Shown one piece after another: positions 36,656-45,524 of a DNA stretch of 64,000 nt. This DNA comes from Patescibacteria group bacterium (GTDB taxonomy: Bacteria; Patescibacteriota; Saccharimonadia; Saccharimonadales; JAUPVS01), in the NCBI GenBank assembly GCA_030916945.1, contig JAUPVS010000001.1, positions 2,138 to 66,137 of the forward strand, in the 5' to 3' direction. Positions within the stretch are counted from its first letter, which is position 1. Each line of letters opens with the position of its first letter. The notes below the pieces were generated by a model. The model was not told the origin of the DNA and made no database searches. It was given only the letters and a program-made list of their open reading frames with translations. A program made the translations under genes and the position numbers.

Positions 36656-37900
36656 GTGTTAAAAAGCGTGACTCGGACCGATTCTGACCCTGATATTGCA
36701 GCCAAAAACAAACGACGGTTATCAAAACGCGCTCGCACCCGAATCAAGCGTTTTAGTTTAGTGCTGGCTGGTGTTTTAATATTTGCCTTCGGTATGAACG
36801 TCGGCAGTGGTCGCATAACTTTTACCGGCCAAACGGCTAATCAGAAGAGTCTACCGGCCAGCCTAGATTTTACGGCTGTCCAAGAAGTGTACAAACAGCT
36901 CAAGGCTAACTTTGATGGCGAACTCGATGCCAACTCCCTGAACGAGGGCATGAAAAGGGGACTGGTTAAAGCGGCTGGTAACCCTTACACCGAATACCTA
37001 ACCGCCAAAGAGTACCAAGAGTTTAATAACGAATTAAGTGGTTCATTTACCGGTATTGGTGCCGAGCTAACCAAAGATGACAAAGATAACATTATAGTGC
37101 TGGCGCCGATTGCCGGTTTCCCGGCCGAAAAAGCTGGTCTGAAGCCCAAAGATATCGTCGCCGAAGTCGATGGCACTTCAACTAATGGTTTGAGTGTATC
37201 CGAAGTGGTCGACAAAATTCGTGGCCCCAAAGACACCACCGTAAAACTTAAGATAGTGCGCGACGGGCAGGTGTCTGATGTTACCATTACCCGCCAAGAT
37301 ATTTCGATTCCGAGTGTCGAGAGTAAGATCGTCAATAACATTGGCTACCTAAAGATTAGTCGCTTCGGTGATGATACTACTGACTTGGCCAAAAAAGCTG
37401 CCCAAGACTTTAAAAACAACAACGTCAAGGGCGTCGTCTTAGATGTGCGCAGCAACCCTGGTGGTTTGCTCGATTCGGCGGTTGATGTTTCTAGCCTGTG
37501 GCTACCTAGTGGCAAAACTGTTCTGACCGAGCGGCGTGACGGCGTTGTGACTAGTACATTTAAGGCCAGTGGTGAATCGCCGCTACAGGGCATACCAACG
37601 GTTGTATTAATTGACGAGGGTAGCGCCAGTGCTAGCGAAATTGTCGCCGGCGCGCTTAAAGACCAAGGCGCAGCCACTCTTATTGGTCAAAAGTCATACG
37701 GCAAGGGCAGCGTCCAGCAGCTAATTAAGCTGAATGACGGCGGTGTTCTTAAAGTAACCATCGCGCGCTGGTTTACGCCTAACGGCAAGAATATCGATAA
37801 GGCCGGCATAACCCCCGACAAAGTCGTCGAAATTAGCAGCGAACAAATCAAGAACCAGCAAGACCCCCAAAAAGACGCCGCTTTCCAGGCCCTTCAGTAG
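36656..37900 (+). CDS. S41 C-terminal processing peptidase with PDZ
   Basis: TM anchor, PDZ (AGLKPKDIVAEVDG), VLDVRSNPGG, DEGSASASEI (Ser) and K-containing SYGKGSVQ motifs. Confidence 0.85.
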   Translation: MLKSVTRTDSDPDIAAKNKRRLSKRARTRIKRFSLVLAGVLIFAFGMNVGSGRITFTGQTANQKSLPASLDFTAVQEVYKQLKANFDGELDANSLNEGMKRGLVKAAGNPYTEYLTAKEYQEFNNELSGSFTGIGAELTKDDKDNIIVLAPIAGFPAEKAGLKPKDIVAEVDGTSTNGLSVSEVVDKIRGPKDTTVKLKIVRDGQVSDVTITRQDISIPSVESKIVNNIGYLKISRFGDDTTDLAKKAAQDFKNNNVKGVVLDVRSNPGGLLDSAVDVSSLWLPSGKTVLTERRDGVVTSTFKASGESPLQGIPTVVLIDEGSASASEIVAGALKDQGAATLIGQKSYGKGSVQQLIKLNDGGVLKVTIARWFTPNGKNIDKAGITPDKVVEISSEQIKNQQDPQKDAAFQALQ

Positions 37901-37992
37901 TAAACAGTGTAATTATTACCAGCGGATTACTTGGTTTTAGCCCAGTAATGCGGTAGCATAAAAGGGATAATTTGTAAGAGGGTAGATAAGAG

Positions 37993-39612
37993 GTGGCAAG
38001 CATCAAGAAGCGACCAACTAAGTTTATATTTGTAACCGGCGGAGTACTGTCTGGGCTCGGCAAGGGCATCACCGCCGCCTCTATCGGTAATCTCTTAAAG
38101 GCCCGCGGCCTCAAAGTCAATCTTCAAAAATGTGATCCCTATCTTAACGTCGATGCCGGCACGCTTAATCCGCGCGAACACGGTGAGTGTTTTGTTACTA
38201 AAGATGGTGCCGAAACCGACCTCGACCTAGGCCACTACGAACGCTTCATCGACCAAGAACTGACCCAGGCCAGCAGCCTCATGTCCGGTCGGGTCTTGCA
38301 GCAAATCATCCAAGACGAGCGGGCCGGTTTGTACGCTGGCGAAGATGTTCAGATTATCCCGCACTTAACTGGTCTTATCGCCGACTACATCCAAAAAGCC
38401 GGCCAGGGTTTTGACGTTCATTTGGTAGAAATTGGCGGTACGGTGGGGGACTACGAAAGCCTCAGCTTTATCGAAGCGATTCGTGAACTAGGTATACGGG
38501 TTGGCCTAGAAAACTGTCTTTATGTTCATGTGGTGTACTTACCATACTTAGGCGCTAGCCAGGAAACCAAGACCAAGCCAGCCCAGAACTCGGTGCGCGA
38601 CCTGCGCGGCTTGGGCATAGCGCCGGATATATTGGTGGGGCGGAGCGAAAACCCAGCCAACGAAAGCGTTAAAGAAAAACTAAGCCTATTCTGTGGTGTC
38701 GGCACCGACGCGATTGCTCTGTTACCCAATGCCTCCTCTATCTACCAGGTGCCGCTAACGCTAGAAGACACCGGTATTGCCGATGTAATTGCCAAACGGC
38801 TTGATCTAAAGGTCGCTAAGCCACATTTGAAAGAATGGCGCTCAGTTGTCGACAGTGCCACCAAACAGCGTAGCAAGCGCGTTAAAGTCGGTGTGGTGGC
38901 CAAGTATATGGATAACCAAGACACCTACATGTCGGTCTTCGAAGCTTTGCGCTCGGCCGCCTGGGCTAACGACGTAGCGGTTGACATTGAATGGATAGAA
39001 GCTGAGTCGGTCGAAAAAGCCAGCCCCGACCAACGCGCCAAACTGCTCGAAGCGGTTGATGGCATTGTGGTACCGGGCGGTTTTGGTACCCGCGGCCTCG
39101 AAGGCAAGATTGCCGCCGCCCAGTATTGTTTGGCTAAGAAGAAGTCTTACCTGGGTCTTTGTTTAGGTTTGCAGATGGCCGTCATTGCCGCCGCCCGCAA
39201 CGCCGGCCTAAAAGATGCTACCAGCCGCGAGCTCGACCCGGACAGTCCAACCAAAGTCATCGACTTTATGGCCGGCCAAGAAGGCAAAGAAAACACTGGC
39301 GGCACCATGCGTTTGGGCGACTACCCATGCGTACTGGCCAAAGACAGCCAGGCCGCTAAGCTCTATGGTAAAAAAGACATTGTCGAGCGCCACCGCCACC
39401 GTTACGAATGTAATAACGACTACCGCGACCAATACCAAAAGTGGGGCATTCGCGCCGTTGGTACCTCGCCCGACGACAAACTGGTTGAGATTATCGAAGC
39501 TATCGATCATCCTTTCATGATGGCCAGCCAGTTCCATCCCGAATTCAAGTCACGACCTAACCGCGCCCACCCCATGTTCGATGGCTTCATCAAATCACTC
39601 TTGCAGAAATAG
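37993..39612 (+). CDS. pyrG: CTP synthase
   Basis: GTG start after AAGAGG; FVTGGVLSGLGKG, GATase GLCLGLQ, HRHRYE. Confidence 0.95.
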   Translation: MASIKKRPTKFIFVTGGVLSGLGKGITAASIGNLLKARGLKVNLQKCDPYLNVDAGTLNPREHGECFVTKDGAETDLDLGHYERFIDQELTQASSLMSGRVLQQIIQDERAGLYAGEDVQIIPHLTGLIADYIQKAGQGFDVHLVEIGGTVGDYESLSFIEAIRELGIRVGLENCLYVHVVYLPYLGASQETKTKPAQNSVRDLRGLGIAPDILVGRSENPANESVKEKLSLFCGVGTDAIALLPNASSIYQVPLTLEDTGIADVIAKRLDLKVAKPHLKEWRSVVDSATKQRSKRVKVGVVAKYMDNQDTYMSVFEALRSAAWANDVAVDIEWIEAESVEKASPDQRAKLLEAVDGIVVPGGFGTRGLEGKIAAAQYCLAKKKSYLGLCLGLQMAVIAAARNAGLKDATSRELDPDSPTKVIDFMAGQEGKENTGGTMRLGDYPCVLAKDSQAAKLYGKKDIVERHRHRYECNNDYRDQYQKWGIRAVGTSPDDKLVEIIEAIDHPFMMASQFHPEFKSRPNRAHPMFDGFIKSLLQK

Positions 39613-39627
39613 CCAAAAACTTGTAGC

Positions 39628-40119
39628 ATGAGTACTATGGATACAGATACACAAACACCTATACAAACACCCGATCCGGCCTCTCCCGAGCCCGTTCAGC
39701 CACCAGCTGCCGCACCAGTTGCACCAGCCGCTTCCACCACCGGTCCAGCCATGAAGAAAATCCTTCTGGTAGAAGACGACGACGCCCTAGCCAACGTTTA
39801 TGTCACCCGCCTGCAAGCCGAGAGCTTTGATGTTAAGCGCGTTCCCAACGGCGAAGAAGCCTTGTCGACGGCTTTGCAGTACAAACCTGATCTTATTTTG
39901 CTCGATGTCATGATGCCAAAGGTGAGTGGTTTTGATGTCCTCGACATCTTACGCAACACCCCCGAAACGGCCAATGTTAAGGTCATCATGCTGACCGCCC
40001 TTAGCCAAGACAGCGACAAAGACCGCGCCACCCAGCTTGGTGCCGACGACTACCTGGTTAAGTCCCAAGTTGTTATCGCCGACGTCGTCGACCGCATCCG
40101 CCACCACCTTGGTAACTAA
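39628..40119 (+). CDS. Stand-alone response-regulator receiver domain with Pro/Ala-rich N-extension
   Basis: Canonical receiver residues: VEDDD, LILLDVMMP (phospho-Asp), MLTAL, LVKS. No output domain. A possible leaderless start lies at ATG 39637. Confidence 0.8.
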   Translation: MSTMDTDTQTPIQTPDPASPEPVQPPAAAPVAPAASTTGPAMKKILLVEDDDALANVYVTRLQAESFDVKRVPNGEEALSTALQYKPDLILLDVMMPKVSGFDVLDILRNTPETANVKVIMLTALSQDSDKDRATQLGADDYLVKSQVVIADVVDRIRHHLGN

Positions 40120-40191
40120 CAGATTGACACAACGTCTCGCTTATGCTAATATAACAGTTAGTTATTAAAAACAAAAAAGGAAATAGATACT

Positions 40192-40545
40192 ATGTCAGAT
40201 CTTATCACCGGTGTACCAAGCGACTTACAAACTCCAGCAGCTCCAGACCAGTCTGAAGCTCAGGCACAAGAAGTTATTAGTCAGGTTCCCACCGAATCTA
40301 CTAACACTGAAGCTGTCGCTCCAGCTGAAGCGCCAGCCGTTATTGACGCCGTTCCAGGCATGGAAAGCACCACGCCAGTGGCAGAAGTTAATCGCGACCC
40401 AGTCGTAATCCCTGAAGATGAATTTAAGGGCGATCCCAGTCGTGTACCTGGCCATCCTAGCAACCCCAACACACCACTAGTGCAAGAGCCTCAGGCGCCA
40501 CAAGCACCGGAAGCGCCAGCTGACCAACTGCCACCACAGCAGTAA
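40192..40545 (+). CDS. Hypothetical acidic Pro/Ala/Glu-rich protein
   Basis: 117 aa, low complexity, AAGGAAA SD. Supported only by ORF length and context. Confidence 0.45.
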   Translation: MSDLITGVPSDLQTPAAPDQSEAQAQEVISQVPTESTNTEAVAPAEAPAVIDAVPGMESTTPVAEVNRDPVVIPEDEFKGDPSRVPGHPSNPNTPLVQEPQAPQAPEAPADQLPPQQ

Positions 40546-40567
40546 GTCAAATATTGGCTACATTAAG

Positions 40568-40598
40568 AAAAAAACCGCCTCTCGGGGCGGTTTTTTTA
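40568..40598. terminator. Bidirectional intrinsic terminator between orf40192 and rpmA
   Basis: aaaaaaa-ccgcc-tctcgg-ggcgg-ttttttt; A-run and T-run flank the stem. Confidence 0.8.
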
Positions 40599-40868
40599 TT
40601 GGACGGTGACTTCGGTGCGCTTGACGGTTTTGCCGGTGAAACGGCGGATCTTGCGGGTGCGGTAGGTGACGATGCCGTCACGGTCGGCGTGGATGGTGAA
40701 GTTGCGGCTCAGTTTGGTGCCTTCGCCGGCGCGCTTGGTGAGGCCAACTTGGCGGACGATGACCTGACCGGTCTTTACTTTTTCGCCACCAAATAGTTTA
40801 ACGCCAAGGCGTTGACCTGGGCTATCGTGAACGTTTTTGGCTGCTCCACCGGCTTTGACGTGTGACAT
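40596..40868 (-). CDS. rpmA: 50S ribosomal protein L27
   Basis: MSHVKAGGAAKNVHDSPGQRLGVKLFGGEKV; 90 aa; no N-terminal propeptide. Confidence 0.9.
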   Translation of the reverse strand: MSHVKAGGAAKNVHDSPGQRLGVKLFGGEKVKTGQVIVRQVGLTKRAGEGTKLSRNFTIHADRDGIVTYRTRKIRRFTGKTVKRTEVTVQ

Positions 40869-40878
40869 TGAATTACTT

Positions 40879-42045
40879 CTACTTCCTTATTAGTACTACG
40901 AGTTCACGGCCAACCACTTGGCCTGGGCGATAATAGACTAGGTCTGTATTGCCTGCGTGAACAAAACTCATCCGAGTATACCCTAAATCCTCGAGAGAAT
41001 CAAGGGTAGGGAGGTGCAAAATGCCATTTTTGGTAATCCAGGCTGGAACCGCCAAGCAGGCCCGAAAGCCGGGCTGAGTCTGGCGGGCCAGGTTTTTAAG
41101 GAATTTACGGTGAATCGTGTCGACATCACGCCGCACCTGACCGAGGATTTCGGCGGTTGGTTCGGCCGAGAAAGGTCGTCCCAGATAGGTTTCGCCGGCG
41201 ACCACGTCAAAGGGCTTGGACCACTGGTGGTCGGTGGCATCGCCCTCTTCAAGAGCTACTGTGCCCGAAAGTGTATATTTTTTCGCCAGCCAGTCGAGGT
41301 TGGTGCGCGAATAGTCGATCATGCGTGGTTCTAAGTCGCTGCCGTATGCATTATGGCCGTCGAGTAGGGCTTCTTGCAAAACTACGCCGGTACCGCAGAA
41401 GGGGTCCAAGACGGTGCCGGTATCGGTAGCGGCTAGGTTAACAATAATTTGAGCTAGCTTGGGTGGTAGCATGCCAACTCGGGCGTCACGCTTGGGGCGG
41501 GCTTGGTCGCGGGCGGCGTAGGCGTTGATGTCTTGTACGTTGGTGACTTGGGCCAGTAGGACGCCGGTGCCATCTTTGGCGACAATGAACTCCAAACCGG
41601 TGGGGCCGGTTAGCTGGTTGTGCAATGTTTGGGCGCTGTTGAGGTCGGGCGTGGTGTTGGGCACGACGCGCACCGAGCGGCCGGCTTTTTTGATGGCCTT
41701 TTTAACTTCTAGGGCGCTACGGTTGATTTCGGCGACGCTGGCATCCAGGCCATAGACGTTAAAGCCGAGGCGGATTTTTCCTTCTGGAATATATTGCAGG
41801 TGATCGGGAATGGTTTTGGCGATGTAACGCACGACTGATTGCCAGGAAGTGTTATTGAGACGGGTCAGGAGTTTGGCGAGCTTAACGGTGCCGCCAAGGC
41901 GGTCAAAGTTGATACTGACCGGGTCGACATCAAGCAATGCCACCTGGGCACTGACCCGGTGCAGGGCGGGAGCACCGTAGAGGCTTTCGAGTTCTGCCAA
42001 GCCCAGGGCGGGCTGGCGGCCTAAAATTACAACTGACTGATTCAT
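40879..42045 (-). CDS. SAM-dependent RNA methyltransferase, Trm11/UPF0020-like
   Basis: RPKRDARVGMLPPKLAQIIVNLA and VLDPFCGTGVVLQEA motifs. The position where DPPY is expected reads GETY (residues 284-287). Confidence 0.6.
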   Translation of the reverse strand: MNQSVVILGRQPALGLAELESLYGAPALHRVSAQVALLDVDPVSINFDRLGGTVKLAKLLTRLNNTSWQSVVRYIAKTIPDHLQYIPEGKIRLGFNVYGLDASVAEINRSALEVKKAIKKAGRSVRVVPNTTPDLNSAQTLHNQLTGPTGLEFIVAKDGTGVLLAQVTNVQDINAYAARDQARPKRDARVGMLPPKLAQIIVNLAATDTGTVLDPFCGTGVVLQEALLDGHNAYGSDLEPRMIDYSRTNLDWLAKKYTLSGTVALEEGDATDHQWSKPFDVVAGETYLGRPFSAEPTAEILGQVRRDVDTIHRKFLKNLARQTQPGFRACLAVPAWITKNGILHLPTLDSLEDLGYTRMSFVHAGNTDLVYYRPGQVVGRELVVLIRK

Positions 42046-42089
42046 TTAGCTACAGTATAGCGCGTTTTTGTGGGGTATAATGATTGCAA

Positions 42090-43136
42090 ATGAGCGATGC
42101 TGACAATAAGAAGCGCTGGAAACTGATTCTCAACCTGGTAACAGTTGGGGCGTTGCTGGCGTTATGTTATGTTTTGCGTGACCAAATTCTGGAAACCATT
42201 CAGAACGCCACCCGGGTAAATGCCTATGCCTTGCTGTTGATTATCCCGATTGAGCTGTGGAATTATGATGCCTATGCTCGAATGTATCGTTATCTGTTTG
42301 GTATTTTGGGAACTAAGGTGCGTTACCGCGAGATGTACAAGGTGGCACTTGAGCTTAATTTGGTAAACAACGTTTTCCCAAGTGGCGGTGTGTCCGGCTT
42401 TTCTTACTTTGGGGTGCGTATGAAGCAGCTCGAGGTGTCGACCGGTAAGGCGACACTGGTGCAGACGATGAAGTTCATCCTGTTGTTTACTAGTTTTGAA
42501 GTGTTGATTATCGTTGGCTTGATAATGTTAGCGATTGGCGGGCAGGCTAACAACTTTGTGCTGTTAATTGGTGGCTCAATCGCCACCTTTTTGTTTGTTG
42601 GAACACTGGGCGCGGCCTTTATCATTGGTAGTGAACGACGTATTAATAGCTTCTTTACCTATATAACACGGGTAGTGAACCGGGTTATCCATGTAGTGCG
42701 GCCTAAGCATCCCGAAACAATAAATATTGCCCGCGTTCAGGCCACCTTTAAAGACTTGCATGAAAATTACATCATTATTCGCAGTGACTATAAGCAATTA
42801 TTGGGTCCAGCCTTGTGCGCCTTGCTGGCTAACACCACCGAGATCGCGGCGATTTACGTGGTTTACATTGCCTTTGGGCAGTGGGTCAACCCGGGGGCGG
42901 TCATCTTGGCTTACGCTGTGGCTAACTTTGCCGGTATGATTTCGGTGTTGCCAGGCGGCGTCGGTATCTACGAAGCCTTGATGACTGGTACTTTGGCGGC
43001 GGCTGGTGTGCCGGCCTCGGTGAGCATTCCGGTAACCGTGATGTACCGCGTGATCAACATTACCTTGCAACTAATCCCAGGTTATTACTTCTACCATAAG
43101 GCGCTCCGACACGAGGGCCCGCCCAAACCGGCATGA
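42090..43136 (+). CDS. Polytopic membrane protein, flippase-like / LPG-synthase-TM (UPF0104-like)
   Basis: About 8 TM; LPGGVGIYEA-type motif. ATG 42090 lies 8 nt after TATAAT; the ORF track starts at TTG 42084. Confidence 0.55.
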   Translation: MSDADNKKRWKLILNLVTVGALLALCYVLRDQILETIQNATRVNAYALLLIIPIELWNYDAYARMYRYLFGILGTKVRYREMYKVALELNLVNNVFPSGGVSGFSYFGVRMKQLEVSTGKATLVQTMKFILLFTSFEVLIIVGLIMLAIGGQANNFVLLIGGSIATFLFVGTLGAAFIIGSERRINSFFTYITRVVNRVIHVVRPKHPETINIARVQATFKDLHENYIIIRSDYKQLLGPALCALLANTTEIAAIYVVYIAFGQWVNPGAVILAYAVANFAGMISVLPGGVGIYEALMTGTLAAAGVPASVSIPVTVMYRVINITLQLIPGYYFYHKALRHEGPPKPA

Positions 43137-44236
43137 CCGACGTCATCTTAAGTGTGTCCGATTTTGTAGGGGTGCTGAACCAAACCCTGGAAAATGCCTA
43201 CCCGAATGTCGTGATAGTGGGTGAGCTGGCCAACTTTAAGGTTAGTAAGAACCGCTGGGTGTATTTTGATCTAAAAGATGAGTATGCCAGCGTGCGCTTT
43301 TTTGGAACCGTCTACCAGCTGCCTGGGCCGCTAGAAGATGGCATGATGTTGCAGGTCCGCGGCAACCCGCGATTGCATCCGCAGTTTGGTTTTAGCGTGA
43401 CGATTGTGAATTTGCAGCCAGTTGGCGAGGGTTCTTTAAAGAAGGCCGCCGCGCTGTTGCAGGCCAAGCTGACGGCCGAGGGCTTGTTTGACGACAGCCG
43501 CAAGCGACCGTTGCCGTATTTACCAGAGCGGGTTGGCTTGATTACCTCGGGCGAGTCGGCGGCCTATGCCGATTTTGTAAAGATTATGAACGAACGCTGG
43601 GGCGGGGTAGACATGCAACTGGCTGATGTTCAGGTACAGGGCGAGCAAGCTCCGGCGCAGATTGTGCGCGCCATTGAGTACTTTAATGCTCATGCCCAAC
43701 CACCCGAGGTGCTGATCATCACTCGTGGCGGTGGCTCGGCCGAAGATTTGGCAGCTTTTAGCACCGAACAAGTTACCAGAGCGGTGGCGGCTAGCCGGAT
43801 TCCTACCATGGTGGCAATCGGTCACGAAGTTGACTTGAGTTTGGCCGAACTAGCCGCCGATCAACGCGCCAGTACGCCGAGTAATGCTGCTCAACTACTG
43901 GTGCCCGATAAAAAGCAGGAAAGAACCCACCTAAAAGCCAAGGCCGAGCAGCTGGGCTACTTGTTGCAGCAGCCACTGGTGGACGGTCGCCAACAGGTGT
44001 TGGCTAACCAAGACTGGCTACGCAAACGACTTTTACAGCTGTTTGAGCAAGCCGAACAAGATTTAGCGTCTCGCCGCCAGCTACTACAAGCCCTGAGTCC
44101 GCAGCAGGTCTTACGACGCGGCTATGCCGTGGTGCGTCGGGAAGGTAAGCCAGTAACAACTGCCAAGCAATTAAAACCAGCCGACAAAATCACCATCCAG
44201 TTTAGGGATGGCGACAGCGCAGCCACCATTAATTGA
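43133..44236 (+). CDS. xseA: Exodeoxyribonuclease VII large subunit
   Basis: N-terminal OB fold (VIVGELANFKVSKNRWVYFDLKD), ITRGGGSAEDL, GHEVD motifs; ATGA overlap with the upstream gene. Confidence 0.9.
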   Translation: MTDVILSVSDFVGVLNQTLENAYPNVVIVGELANFKVSKNRWVYFDLKDEYASVRFFGTVYQLPGPLEDGMMLQVRGNPRLHPQFGFSVTIVNLQPVGEGSLKKAAALLQAKLTAEGLFDDSRKRPLPYLPERVGLITSGESAAYADFVKIMNERWGGVDMQLADVQVQGEQAPAQIVRAIEYFNAHAQPPEVLIITRGGGSAEDLAAFSTEQVTRAVAASRIPTMVAIGHEVDLSLAELAADQRASTPSNAAQLLVPDKKQERTHLKAKAEQLGYLLQQPLVDGRQQVLANQDWLRKRLLQLFEQAEQDLASRRQLLQALSPQQVLRRGYAVVRREGKPVTTAKQLKPADKITIQFRDGDSAATIN

Positions 44237-44283
44237 TTACTTGCAACCATATGGTATAGTATGAATATTAAGGAGTTGTACTT

Positions 44284-44781
44284 ATGGAATTAACCGATAA
44301 CGCAGCTGGTGCGGCCATTGCCGAAGCCCGCCGCAAAGAAATTTTGAGACGTAGAGGCACGCCAGTTGAGCTGGTACGCCGACTATTTAAAAGCCGACCA
44401 GCGCCGGAAGGCCATGACCATGACGAAGGTTATATCATCGATGTTAAGCTTGCCGAGGGTACGGTTACTATTGACGGCGTTCCTGTAGAAGCCCATTTGG
44501 AACTAGATGATCATTGTGACGGTGTGACACCCATAGTAGTAAATTTACGCATTGGCAACTATGGTCCTGATGGAACCAGACATTATCTTGGTTCGGTGGT
44601 AAACCCGGACCTAGACGTGGAAACCGATGAGGATAAACAAATGGTTTACGTGCCACGACATGATCCTTACTACCGCGGGCCACACGAATCTTTACATGAG
44701 CAGCAACCACTTGACAGTGATAGTCAGATGAATTTGTACAGTCTTCTAAGCGATGCATTGATGCACCCGGCTACCCAGTAA
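44284..44781 (+). CDS. Hypothetical acidic protein inserted between xseA and xseB
   Basis: 165 aa; strong AAGGAG SD; atypical codons (3 AGA, 1 ATA, 4 CTA). No recognisable motif. Confidence 0.6.
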   Translation: MELTDNAAGAAIAEARRKEILRRRGTPVELVRRLFKSRPAPEGHDHDEGYIIDVKLAEGTVTIDGVPVEAHLELDDHCDGVTPIVVNLRIGNYGPDGTRHYLGSVVNPDLDVETDEDKQMVYVPRHDPYYRGPHESLHEQQPLDSDSQMNLYSLLSDALMHPATQ

Positions 44782-44814
44782 CATTTACGCAACCTTTCGA
44801 CTATACTGTTAGCT

Positions 44815-45021
44815 ATGGCTAAACAATCTTATAAAACTCTGCAAGCTCAACTAGACGCTGTTTTAACCGAAATGCAGTCTGATGACATTGATGTCGAGCG
44901 GGCACTGGAGTTATATGCCGACGGGCAGAAGATACTGGCCGAGCTCGAGGCCTATTTAAAGACGGCCGAAAACAAGGTTCAAAAGATTAAGGCCGACTGG
45001 ACCACGCCAGCCGCCTCATGA
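44815..45021 (+). CDS. xseB: Exodeoxyribonuclease VII small subunit
   Basis: 68 aa helical protein; LDAVLTEMQSDDIDVERALELYADGQKILAELEAYL pattern; TATACT 7 nt upstream of the ATG. Confidence 0.85.
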   Translation: MAKQSYKTLQAQLDAVLTEMQSDDIDVERALELYADGQKILAELEAYLKTAENKVQKIKADWTTPAAS

Positions 45022-45512
45022 ATCCGGTTGTCCTGACGGCCACGGTTATCTTCTTCATTTTTGCCTTTGTGATTTTGTTTGGGGCGCCCTATTTGCCAAC
45101 CATGAAGAAGCAGTCCGAAGAGGCTTTGGATATGTTGGCGTTGAAGCCAGGCCAAACCATGCTCGAACTGGGCTGTGGCGATGGGCGAGTGGCCAAGGCG
45201 GCGGCGCGGCGTGGCCTGAAGGTGGTGGGGTACGAGCTAAACCCGATTTTAGCCCTGATCGCCTGGCTGCAGACCTTAAAATACAGGGGTCAGGTAAAAA
45301 TTGTGTGGGGTAATTATTGGCGCCAAGATTGGCCCGACTGCGACGGGATATTCGTATTCTTGCTTGATAAATATATGAAAAAGTTGGATAAAAAAATTGT
45401 CCAAAAAAAGCAGCAGCAGGCTAAGCCAATCCGGCTTTTAAGCTACACATTTTTGGTGCCAGGGCGCAAAACAAGTGCTCAAAAGGGTGCTTTATTCTTG
45501 TATAAATACTAA
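45018..45512 (+). CDS. Class I SAM-dependent methyltransferase with N-terminal TM segment
   Basis: LELGCGDGRVA motif I; ATGA overlap with xseB. Confidence 0.7.
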   Translation: MNPVVLTATVIFFIFAFVILFGAPYLPTMKKQSEEALDMLALKPGQTMLELGCGDGRVAKAAARRGLKVVGYELNPILALIAWLQTLKYRGQVKIVWGNYWRQDWPDCDGIFVFLLDKYMKKLDKKIVQKKQQQAKPIRLLSYTFLVPGRKTSAQKGALFLYKY

Positions 45513-45524
45513 TTCTCGTTTAAC

